Of a stretch of DNA of 32,000 nucleotides, positions 1-7,434 are shown one piece after another (positions within the stretch are counted from its first letter, which is position 1; every line of letters begins with the position of its first letter). The translations under genes and the position numbers were made by a program. This DNA is from Sinorhizobium meliloti (GTDB lineage: Bacteria > Pseudomonadota > Alphaproteobacteria > Rhizobiales > Rhizobiaceae): NCBI RefSeq assembly GCF_017876815.1, contig NZ_JAGIOS010000001.1, forward strand, positions 630,001 through 662,000. The letters are read 5' to 3'. The notes under the pieces were generated by a model, which worked only from the letters and a program-made list of their open reading frames with translations, searched no databases and was not told the DNA's origin.

Positions 1-40
1 GGCCGAGCAAGGGGATATCGCGAAAAGCAAAGCGACAGAG

Positions 41-307
41 GTGGCAACGCTCGTGGTCAAGCCCGAGCTCCCCTTGGAGATCGCAAGTCGGCTGTACAGG
101 GACATTGAGAAGGGTGCCCAAACTTTTGACCGCATACTCTCCGACATGGAAGACGCGGATGTCAGTGACGAACTGCTAGAGGCGGCCGATACGCTCGCGG
201 AATTGTGGAGCCAGCTTTCTATCGCATCAGCCAACAAGCTCCGCGAGCTGCAAGGCCTCCCACCGATCATGATGAGCGAGGCCCGTCACTTAGGCTCGCG
301 GGTCTGA
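41..307 (+). CDS. hypothetical small protein (88 aa from GTG; 5' end uncertain)
   Basis: Track ORF with a GTG start and high third-position GC. The frame stays open back to nt 2, so this may be the 3' end of a gene starting left of the window. No family recognised. Confidence 0.4.
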   Translation: MATLVVKPELPLEIASRLYRDIEKGAQTFDRILSDMEDADVSDELLEAADTLAELWSQLSIASANKLRELQGLPPIMMSEARHLGSRV

Positions 308-342
308 CTCGACACGAGCTGCAACAATCTGAGGAACGAAAA

Positions 343-534
343 ATGACCGACTGGCAAAATCTAACCGAACACGACGCCATCGAGGCAGCCATCGCCGAGC
401 AAGGTAAGGACCCAATGGCATCGGTCGCATACTGCGCGCTTGGTGCATACGATGGAAACAGCCCCGGCGAGTACCGCTTTTGGTTCGGCCTGTTCCTGAA
501 GCTTGCAAAGGGCAAGCACGTCGGCTGGGCGTAA
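343..534 (+). CDS. hypothetical small protein (63 aa)
   Basis: ATG at 343 is preceded by GAGGA at 331-335. The longer 205..534 track ORF overlaps the previous gene and is less likely. No family recognised. Confidence 0.45.
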   Translation: MTDWQNLTEHDAIEAAIAEQGKDPMASVAYCALGAYDGNSPGEYRFWFGLFLKLAKGKHVGWA

Positions 535-540
535 GGGCCG

Positions 541-831
541 ATGAGCCTCACGACCGCATTCATTGCCGAGCTGATCAGGGCTGCGAACGAGGTCGAAAGG
601 CTTACGTACTACCAGATCAGCCGCCTACTGGATCGTTCAGTTGACACGATCCGTGATATGCGTAGACAGACTGCCATCGCTAGCGGCCACCGTGCCCGCG
701 ACGTTGTGATCGATCTCCAGTTGGCCTCGGCACGCGCCCGGGACCTATCTCCGGCGGAGACTAGAGACGTCTTGCTGGACGCGGCCGATATCATCAGGGC
801 GCTGAAAATCGCCCTGGATGGGATGACCTAG
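541..831 (+). CDS. hypothetical protein (96 aa, helical)
   Basis: ATG ORF starting 6 nt after the previous stop, same strand, so the three ORFs look like one small operon. No family recognised. Confidence 0.45.
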   Translation: MSLTTAFIAELIRAANEVERLTYYQISRLLDRSVDTIRDMRRQTAIASGHRARDVVIDLQLASARARDLSPAETRDVLLDAADIIRALKIALDGMT

Positions 832-1313
832 CCGACCCGGCGCGTGGTGTTCGTCGGCACCACAGTTTGCGCCGTCCCGGACGCACCACCGAACCAGGCG
901 GCGACCGCCGATGACCAGGGAAACGAAGCCCAGGAGGGCTCCGCTTGAAACAACAGTTGCAGCGGTGTCGGCGGCTTCGGTCGCCTGCTGCTTGGCTCGT
1001 TCGAAGGATGCCTTGAAGGATGCCTTATAGACGCTAGCAGACTTATGTTTCCAAATCTCAGTTTGGTTTGTCCAGTAACCCTTTCGGGCTACTTGGCAGC
1101 GAAAGGCTGGCCCGAGTTCGTCGATCTGCCGAACGGCGGGAACGCTCTCGCGGTTGGGTGTTGACCTGCCGAGAGCCGGATCATGGCTGACACAAATGAG
1201 CTGCAGCGGGGGACTGCTACAGCTCCGAGCGCGACGTATTCTTCATCCCAGCTGGGGCGCAATTGCCCTGTTCCATTCAAGGGAACCGCTTCGAACGTCG
1301 CTTGCGCATATTG

Positions 1314-1335
1314 TACTCTCGGCGGGACTCGAACC
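1314..1335 (-). other. tRNA 3'-end-like fragment (T-loop, T-stem 3' half, acceptor 3' half); candidate att core / prophage boundary
   Basis: Minus strand reads GGTTCGAGTCCCGCCGAGAGTA. GTTCGAGTC is the canonical T-loop and CCCGC a T-stem 3' half, followed by 7 nt plus a discriminator-like A. No matching 5' acceptor, D-arm or anticodon arm lies upstream, so this is only a fragment. It sits directly after the last minus-strand phage gene. Confidence 0.35.
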
Positions 1336-1364
1336 AAGGGAAAGCGCCTGACTTACCGGGATAG

Positions 1365-1607
1365 TCAACGCTTCTTCAAGCCAGGGAATGGATCTCGCCC
1401 CAACGCCTTGGCAATCTTCCGCCAGTCTTGTCCGCCCATCCCGGGTATGCGCAGCAATTCTGGAGTCGGCTGATTTTGCATATCTCCGACCACCTCATAC
1501 CCGGTCTGGTTTAGCTCGCGGAGAAGCGAAGGCCTGAGTTTCAAGTCTGCAAGTTTTGTGTCCATGCGAACAAGGAAAGCAGACCGACGCGCATCGCGCA
1601 AGTGCAT
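1365..1607 (-). CDS. small helix-hairpin-helix protein resembling the RNA polymerase alpha C-terminal domain
   Basis: 80-aa ORF; an alternative ATG at 1565 gives 66 aa. The stretch LADLKLRPSLLRELNQTGYEVVGDMQNQPTPELLRIPGMGGQDWRKIAKALG follows the alpha-CTD pattern (L.dL.Ls.R..N.L...gi.tvgdL....eLl.i.n.G.ks..eI...L). Confidence 0.55.
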   Translation of the reverse strand: MHLRDARRSAFLVRMDTKLADLKLRPSLLRELNQTGYEVVGDMQNQPTPELLRIPGMGGQDWRKIAKALGRDPFPGLKKR

Positions 1608-1618
1608 GACTATGCAAA

Positions 1619-1984
1619 TCAGCGCCGCAACTGCGCGCCGTCGCGCTGACCAGCCTCGATCCTCTGCAGGATCTCGCGCATTACACGTGTATCGATCGAG
1701 AGGCTGTTGAGCGTATTCTCGACGGCCTTCATCGACGTCGCCGCTTCGGCCGCCTGCTTCTCCACGGCCGATATTCGGAGCTCGTGATTGTCGATCTGCC
1801 GGAGGGAGACTTCGGCCGCTGTCAGGCGCTTGTCGAGCCGATCGATCGAATTAGCCTGCGAATCCTGGTTGGCGTTCACCCTCTCCCAGGTCGCGCCCCA
1901 CGCAACGAGGCCGCCGGCAAAGCCGAACAGGATCACCAGGGTGTTGAGGTTATATTCAAACCTCCATTTCGGAGTTGCGACCAT
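1619..1984 (-). CDS. lysis-cassette membrane protein: N-terminal TM helix plus coiled coil (i-spanin-like or holin-associated)
   Basis: ATG at 1984 is preceded by AGGAAA. TM segment LNTLVILFGFAGGLVAWGATW, then a heptad-like helical region. Last gene of the endolysin cluster. The 149-aa track extension overlaps the upstream gene and was trimmed. Confidence 0.55.
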   Translation of the reverse strand: MVATPKWRFEYNLNTLVILFGFAGGLVAWGATWERVNANQDSQANSIDRLDKRLTAAEVSLRQIDNHELRISAVEKQAAEAATSMKAVENTLNSLSIDTRVMREILQRIEAGQRDGAQLRR

Positions 1985-2040
1985 CTTTTCGGTTTCCTGT
2001 GTTTCAGACAATCCCCTGCCCTCGTAGTGTGATGCGATTA

Positions 2041-2376
2041 CTACTGCGCTTCGCCGTGGCGGGCGCATTCCGCCGCGGCACAGATGCCAACGACAGTCCG
2101 ATCTATCTTCCGCTGGTCCGCCGGCGTCGCGCCGCGCGCGCCGATCAGATCAGTGCCCACCACCCGCCGCAGTCCGTCGGCACTTGCTGGCGCCGAAGTT
2201 CCACATCCCTGGAGGGCAAAGGTCAAAGCGAGAGCGGACATCGCCCGCAGTGCGGCCAGCTTCATTGTTCTGCCTTTCGATGGATTGACGAACATCGTCG
2301 CCGCCCTGCCGGCAACGGCCGCGACGACGACAGCGAGAGCGGCCGCAGCCACGATGAGGCGAGGAGTGGAGAACAT
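2041..2376 (-). CDS. lysis-cassette membrane protein with two hydrophobic segments; the second ends in a lipobox (LQGC)
   Basis: The start ATG overlaps the endolysin TGA by 1 nt (TGATG; a GTG lies one codon upstream at 2379). TM1 is LIVAAAALAVVVAAVAG. An internal ATG at 2265, preceded by AAAGG, would give MKLAALRAMSALALTFALQGC, a lipoprotein signal. Confidence 0.5.
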   Translation of the reverse strand: MFSTPRLIVAAAALAVVVAAVAGRAATMFVNPSKGRTMKLAALRAMSALALTFALQGCGTSAPASADGLRRVVGTDLIGARGATPADQRKIDRTVVGICAAAECARHGEAQ

Positions 2377-3344
2377 CACGCCATCCCCTCGACCTGCTTC
2401 GCCACGGCCTTCCGATCAGCGTTCTTGCGCCAGTAGAGGAAGCCGGCGATACCTCCGAACGCCACAAGGATCAGGAGGAGGTTCTGCCAAGGTATGCCGC
2501 CGATCGCAGTGACCAACGAAACCAAGCCGCCGATCGTGCCGGGCCCAAGCACCTCTTTCGACTTCCACCAGGGCGCATCGAGGCTGGGCGGCGTGATCGG
2601 GACCGGTACCGGCTTCTCCTCGGTCACCGGCGCGACCTTAACCTCCGGCCGCGCTGCTTCGCCCGGAGTGAGCGCCACAAGCGCCGTATGCATCGCCGCA
2701 CGGGTTTTCGGGCCTACGTCGCCGTCGACCTGCAGGCGCTGGTCCGCCTGGAACTGAAGGACATTGTCGGCTCGGTAGCCGAGAAGAACGAGCGAGATCC
2801 GCGCCAGGCGATCGAAGCGGTCGGAGAGGCCGTTCTTGCCGCCGTTGATCTTCTTCGTGATGGTCTCGGCGTCGCCCTCGTCGGCCCAACGGTTGAGGTC
2901 GCGCGTGTCCCAGTAGAACAGAGGCACCAGGCCTTCCCAAGGATCGGTGTTGACCGCATCCGGATCCTTGACGAAGTCCGGGCAGTCGAGGCCGGCCGCG
3001 CGGCACCAGTTGCGGAACTGGCGGTAGTTGTCCTTGCCGGTGAGCTGCATGCCGGTGCGGCCGCGGTAGAGATGGCCGTCGCCATCCTTCTCCGGCGTGT
3101 TGCCAAGATCGGTGCGGGTGTCGTAGCGCTGTTGCGCCGGCGTCGGGCCCCAGATCTCGCGATCGTAGCGGAAGTCTCCGCTTTCATGCATGAGCTGGGC
3201 GAAATATTGGGCGAGACGGTGCGGCCGATCCATGCCGAAACGCTCCCCGTATCTGTCCAGCGTCACAAGCACGGACGCAAGGTTGCTCTCGTTCACCCTG
3301 CCCTTCACGGCAGCGCGAACGTGCTGAGCGGTGATGGCGCTCAT
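2376..3344 (-). CDS. endolysin: GH19 (chitinase-like) catalytic domain, PG_binding_1-type domain and a C-terminal pair of TM helices
   Basis: ATG at 3344 is preceded by AGGAGA. LMHESGDFRYDREIWG and YRGRTGMQLTGKDNY are GH19-style motifs; LQVDGDVGPKTRAAM is a peptidoglycan-binding repeat. The C-terminus GTIGGLVSLVTAIGGIPWQNLLLILVAFGGIAGFLYW is hydrophobic. The 370-aa track extension was trimmed. Confidence 0.85.
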   Translation of the reverse strand: MSAITAQHVRAAVKGRVNESNLASVLVTLDRYGERFGMDRPHRLAQYFAQLMHESGDFRYDREIWGPTPAQQRYDTRTDLGNTPEKDGDGHLYRGRTGMQLTGKDNYRQFRNWCRAAGLDCPDFVKDPDAVNTDPWEGLVPLFYWDTRDLNRWADEGDAETITKKINGGKNGLSDRFDRLARISLVLLGYRADNVLQFQADQRLQVDGDVGPKTRAAMHTALVALTPGEAARPEVKVAPVTEEKPVPVPITPPSLDAPWWKSKEVLGPGTIGGLVSLVTAIGGIPWQNLLLILVAFGGIAGFLYWRKNADRKAVAKQVEGMA

Positions 3345-3535
3345 TCGTTTCTCCTGATTGTCGTTGGGGAATGCTCGGCGGGCTAAGCCACACACTGGTG
3401 TATGGTGGCCGGCGATGGTCGCGTTTAAACTGACGTTGGTCGCTTTGCCCCCCTCGCAGGCGGCCGGGAGGCTCGTCACCGGCCGCAACCCTTGACGGAC
3501 CTCGCCATTGATCCCACATCATTGGAAATGGGGGC

Positions 3536-3751
3536 TTGGACTTGGGCTTGGACATAAACGACAGCGAAGCGGAAAGCGCCGGCCCAATCGAGCTGGTTGC
3601 TGACCTCTCAGAAATCGCGGCACAGTGCGCCGCTTCGAATCTTCTTGACTTTGCGGCGCAGCTTGCTGGGCTCGCCGAGGACCTCAAAGCTCTAGCGGCG
3701 AGGCCAATCGAGCCCGTACCGAAATTGACCGAGGCCGACGATCAGCCTTGA
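3536..3751 (+). CDS. hypothetical acidic 71-aa protein on the opposite strand (moron-like)
   Basis: TTG-start ORF divergent from the endolysin and convergent with the tail fibre, followed by a long hairpin. Moderately GC-rich third positions. No SD or family recognised. Confidence 0.35.
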   Translation: MDLGLDINDSEAESAGPIELVADLSEIAAQCAASNLLDFAAQLAGLAEDLKALAARPIEPVPKLTEADDQP

Positions 3752-3786
3752 GCGAGCGGTGCAGAGCCAGAATACGGTCTGTTCTT

Positions 3787-3836
3787 AGACGCGAAAGGGC
3801 CCCTTCTCTCTCGACGAAAGAAGAGGCCCCGCGTCT
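3787..3836. terminator. long imperfect hairpin between convergent genes (bidirectional terminator candidate)
   Basis: AGACGCG-aaa-GGGCC-c-CTTCT ... AGAAG-a-GGCCC-CGCGTCT: 17 paired positions with bulges. The minus-strand version is followed by TTTCGCG. Confidence 0.4.
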
Positions 3837-3980
3837 GAGCGTTCGAATTCACAGACGCTTCCATTTACGTGTTGAACGCGGTTGATGCAATCGAATATCG
3901 CCGCGCCGGGGGCACCGCTTTATCCATCTGATTTTCCTTTGTGGTGGGAGAGGTGATCTGCCCATCAGGGCAGATTGGTG

Positions 3981-6005
3981 TCAAGCCAGCGCTAGGTGTT
4001 GCTCGATCGCTGAGAGGCGCAAGGCCATATCTCCGTTGGCTGCCTTAAGCGTCTCGATCTCTTCGCCCTGCAACATGTTCTTGTGAATGACGCACTGGAG
4101 CGCCGCGACGATATCCGCAGTGATAAGACCGTAGTCCATTGTTTGAAAAACAGGCACTTCGCCCGTCTTCTCAAACACGGCGCCCGCCGCCAATGCGTCG
4201 CGACGCACGCCCTCGTTGACGACTTCCGGGACGGTGATGGTGACCGTTTTGCTGTTTCCGTCCTCGTCGGTTATCTCCCGCTCGACCTCGTGCGCGGGGA
4301 TGATTTCGCGACCGACGTCGACGATCTCGTCTTTCTTGCCGGTCACGGCATGAGGAACGACCTGCTGCGCCTCATGAGCAATAAAGCCTGTCACGATGCC
4401 CTTTTCCGGAGCATCATTCCACCTGTGGAATACAGGGCGGAGGGCCATGATCTTCAGTTCGGCATTGTCCAGAATGTCAAACTGTTCCGGAGTCAGCGAG
4501 AAGGTCACGATCGGCTGAATATCCGACTTAAGACGGTAATCCGATGTGGTGGAATAGCTGGTCCCAGTCGCGGTAACTGAGATGCCGCCTACTGACGAAT
4601 TCTCGCGGTAGAACTCCTGAACGGCGCCGTCAGTAGCAAGTCTGGACTGATAAAACGGGTTATACCCCGATGCGCGCCGCCACATGCGTCCGGTCGCGGG
4701 ACGCATTGCAACGCCGGTTGTACTCCCGGTTGCAGGGTCAATCGTTGCTGTAAGCCCTACAAGAAAATCGCCGTTAGTCGGCTCGAACCGGGCGCGCTCG
4801 ACATTGTTTGCCTTAAATATAAGCGGGTGATCACTTACGGAACCGAGTCCAATGAAATTCACACCCGACTCATATGATCCGACAACCGAGCCTCTGTTCA
4901 GTGCAAATTGAACATAACTTCCTGCGCCGTCCAAAGATTGCGTACCGGCCCAAGTGTTGTTTCTGTCCTGCAGCCCGACCTTCGCCCATGAACTCCAAGT
5001 GGAACCATTGTTCCACCGCATGTACATGTTGCCGCTACTTCCCCGGATGTATATTTGCGTAATAACCGTAGCCGTGACGGCAACGACGGTGAGAGAACCT
5101 TGCGCCCCTTCGGGGGTGTTAACGGTTCCTGCATTGACACTGTAAAACCCGGTTTCTGTTGCGGTATTTGCATCAGAGATTGCCGTTTGCACCGTCCTGA
5201 GACGAGCGGGCAACGCACCATTTAGTATCTCTGATGCACCAGGATAAGCGGGGTTTGTTATGTTCCACCAAGGATTAGGCCACGTTCCCGCAGAAGCTTC
5301 CGCCGAAAACCGTAGAAATTTCTTCGGGGAAGTTGCATCAGCTATATAGATTTCTTGAAACACCATCCCGAAACGCCGGTAAACGTTCAGGATAGCTGTA
5401 TATCCTATAGCCGCCGCCCCGGATGGTCCGTTCGTCCAATTGCCTGTGATCGTGTACGTACCGGGGATGATGATCGTGTTGAAATCACCGTCCGAAAGTC
5501 CGACCCCTGCGGCGGACGGGACAGGCGAAGCAACACCACCATTTACCGGGCCGAGTTTCCCCAGGAGCGACAGCATGGAGTCTGCGGCAAGCAGGTCTCG
5601 GCCCTTAGCCTTGATGTCGGTCAGGGCCGCCCCAGCCGCCCCAGTGAAATACGCGAGCTTGTCAGCGGCCGGCGTCAGCCCGGCCAGTGCCGTGAACGCC
5701 GCATTGTCGAGCCGCTGGATGTAGGTCGAGAGCGCCTGGGCATTGACGGTCTGCTGCTGCAGATAGGCCGTGTCGCGGATGATCCAGTAGCCCTGCCCGG
5801 CCGCCGTAGTGCCGCGCCACGGCTTCGCCAGCGTCAGCTGCGTGTTGCTGTCGACTGAGAGAATCGGGACCGGGTTGCCGTTGCTGCTGTCGAGGCCGAA
5901 GAGCCCGCCGGCAATCAACGCCGTGGCCCAGGCAGTCCCGGAGCCAGTGACAACGGCGCTGCCGGCGGTCACGGAAACCGTGCCCGTTACATAGGGTATC
6001 GTCAT
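3981..6005 (-). CDS. tail fibre protein with a C-terminal S74-type intramolecular chaperone (self-cleaving) domain
   Basis: ATG at 6005 (MTIPYVTGTVSV...) is preceded by TTAGGAAC. SDYRLK is encoded at 4544..4527, and GFIAHEAQQVVPHAV and MDYGLITADIVAALQ match the endosialidase/T5 L-shaped fibre chaperone domain. The GTG at 6023 lies inside the IS inverted repeat and was rejected. Confidence 0.8.
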   Translation of the reverse strand: MTIPYVTGTVSVTAGSAVVTGSGTAWATALIAGGLFGLDSSNGNPVPILSVDSNTQLTLAKPWRGTTAAGQGYWIIRDTAYLQQQTVNAQALSTYIQRLDNAAFTALAGLTPAADKLAYFTGAAGAALTDIKAKGRDLLAADSMLSLLGKLGPVNGGVASPVPSAAGVGLSDGDFNTIIIPGTYTITGNWTNGPSGAAAIGYTAILNVYRRFGMVFQEIYIADATSPKKFLRFSAEASAGTWPNPWWNITNPAYPGASEILNGALPARLRTVQTAISDANTATETGFYSVNAGTVNTPEGAQGSLTVVAVTATVITQIYIRGSSGNMYMRWNNGSTWSSWAKVGLQDRNNTWAGTQSLDGAGSYVQFALNRGSVVGSYESGVNFIGLGSVSDHPLIFKANNVERARFEPTNGDFLVGLTATIDPATGSTTGVAMRPATGRMWRRASGYNPFYQSRLATDGAVQEFYRENSSVGGISVTATGTSYSTTSDYRLKSDIQPIVTFSLTPEQFDILDNAELKIMALRPVFHRWNDAPEKGIVTGFIAHEAQQVVPHAVTGKKDEIVDVGREIIPAHEVEREITDEDGNSKTVTITVPEVVNEGVRRDALAAGAVFEKTGEVPVFQTMDYGLITADIVAALQCVIHKNMLQGEEIETLKAANGDMALRLSAIEQHLALA

Positions 6006-6020
6006 GTCAGGAGTTCCTAA

Positions 6021-6034
6021 CACTACAGTTGCAT
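6021..6034. repeat. IS left terminal inverted repeat
   Basis: CACTACAGTTGCAT is the exact reverse complement of 7421-7434. Confidence 0.85.
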
Positions 6035-6065
6035 ATTTATCTATGATCTGAATCTATGGGTCTCC

Positions 6066-7280
6066 ATGATTCGGAGGTCATGGATGGCAGGTGCATCAAT
6101 CGAGACGACGCTTGAGCTTTGGGCATCATCGTTGCGCGACGTGAAGGCTCGCATGCGCGGACTGTTTACGCAGGAGCGAGTTGCAGCCTCTGCGAACCTT
6201 TTCCTGGACGGCTTGCTGGGTGACGAGCGGCGTAAGACAGGTTGGATGCGTGCTGAGGCGGCCGGTGATCCCGGCCCGTGGCGGCAACAAGCCATTCTGG
6301 GGCGCGGGCGCTGGGACGCGGACGCACTTCGCGACATCGTGCGAGAGTATGTCGTAGAAAACCTCGCCACGGATGATGCGGTCCTGGTCATCGATGAGAC
6401 GGGCTTCCTCAAGCAGGGCAAGACATCGTGCGGTGTTGCACGTCAATATACAGGTTCGGCTGGCAAGATAACGAACTGCCAGATCGGTGTGTTCGCCGCC
6501 TATGTGTCCGATCGCGGCCATGCCTTTATCGATCGAGCCCTGTACTTGCCCAAGAGCTGGACTGGCGATCCGGCAAGGCTTGCAGCAGCTCATGTTCCTC
6601 AGGCTACAGCCTTCGCTACCAAGCCAGGCCTGGCTGTCGAGATGATACGGCGTGCGCTGGCAGCCAATGTGCCGTTTTCATGGGTGGCCGCAGATGCGGT
6701 CTATGGCGTCGGGGACATCGAAGGAACCCTGCGCCGAGCCTGCAAAGGCTACGTTCTTGGGGTTAAATCGGACCACCATTTCGGCTCGTGGTCGGGAAAG
6801 CCTCCGGTCGCCGGCACAGCGCAGGAGATCGCCCGTGATCTCGATCCAAGTGCATGGCAGCGTCTTTCCGCCGGTGAGGGCACCAAAGGCGCTCGGCTTC
6901 ATGACTGGGCCTATTGCGAACTCGCCGACCTCGATGCCGACGAATACAACGAGACGAAATCTGGGCTTTGGACCCGTGGCCTCCTGATCCGGCGCAATAT
7001 CAGCGACGGTGATCTCGCATTCTTCACCACATGGTGCCCGGCCGGGACGGGCATCCAGACGCTCGTTTCCGTTGAAGGCCATCGCTGGGCGATCGAAGAC
7101 AGCTTCGAGACCGCCAAGAACGAGCTCGGACTCGATCACAACGAAACCCGGTCATGGCATGGCTGGCATCGCCACGTCTCCCTCGTCATGCTCGCCTTCG
7201 CCATGATGGCGGTGATCCGATACCGCGCCAATGACGCGACGCCCCAAAAAAGACTGCGGATGCCGACCATCAGGATTTAA
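6066..7280 (+). CDS. IS701-family DDE transposase, reading frame interrupted near its 3' end
   Basis: RQYTGSAGKITNCQIGVF and HRWAIEDSFETAKNELGLDHNETRSWHGWHRH are IS701/DDE_5-style motifs. The expected C-terminus (DLIRWSIQEVRRIA...WSCWRRAHQAAARRAH) is encoded in the -1 frame from about 7250 to the TAG at 7430-7432. Confidence 0.85.
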   Translation: MIRRSWMAGASIETTLELWASSLRDVKARMRGLFTQERVAASANLFLDGLLGDERRKTGWMRAEAAGDPGPWRQQAILGRGRWDADALRDIVREYVVENLATDDAVLVIDETGFLKQGKTSCGVARQYTGSAGKITNCQIGVFAAYVSDRGHAFIDRALYLPKSWTGDPARLAAAHVPQATAFATKPGLAVEMIRRALAANVPFSWVAADAVYGVGDIEGTLRRACKGYVLGVKSDHHFGSWSGKPPVAGTAQEIARDLDPSAWQRLSAGEGTKGARLHDWAYCELADLDADEYNETKSGLWTRGLLIRRNISDGDLAFFTTWCPAGTGIQTLVSVEGHRWAIEDSFETAKNELGLDHNETRSWHGWHRHVSLVMLAFAMMAVIRYRANDATPQKRLRMPTIRI

Positions 7281-7420
7281 TCCGCTGGTCTATCCAGGAA
7301 GTCCGACGCATCGCCATAAGACTCGCTCAGCGTCGCATAAGCCCCGCCTACGTCATCGCATGGTCATGCTGGAGGCGCGCCCATCAGGCGGCCGCTCGAC
7401 GAGCTCACCTCAAAACTAAA

Positions 7421-7434
7421 ATGCAACTGTAGTG
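7421..7434. repeat. IS right terminal inverted repeat
   Basis: ATGCAACTGTAGTG is the exact reverse complement of 6021-6034. Confidence 0.85.

Larger units (their letters stand above)
6021..7434 (+). mobile_element. IS701-family insertion sequence, 1414 bp
   Basis: 14-bp perfect terminal inverted repeats: CACTACAGTTGCAT at 6021-6034 and its reverse complement at 7421-7434. Flanking 4-bp direct repeat CTAA at 6017-6020 and 7435-7438. Single DDE transposase ORF. Confidence 0.85.

Noticed and set aside
828-1337. Minus-strand remnant reading ...YWTNQTEIWKHKSASVYKASFKASFERAKQQATEAADTAATVVSSGALLGFVSLVIG then (frameshift) AVAAWFGGASGT, with a 12-bp tandem GAAGGATGCCTT at 1003-1026. Also the track ORFs 1089..1337 and 1183..1473.
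   Set aside because: There is no in-frame start codon and a frameshift is needed, so at best it is a decayed membrane-protein pseudogene in junction DNA. The two track ORFs have implausible composition and overlap each other.
1311-1400. Possible complete tRNA gene on the minus strand.
   Set aside because: Only the T-loop and 3' portion are tRNA-like. No complementary 5' acceptor strand or D-arm exists, and the only nearby stem (TGACT/AGTCA) has a 9-nt loop and overlaps the stop of the upstream ORF. No CCA end is present.
6006-6023. GTG start at 6023 for the tail fibre gene (track ORF 3981..6023).
   Set aside because: Positions 6021-6023 belong to the IS inverted repeat, so this start did not exist before insertion. 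The ATG at 6005 has the SD.
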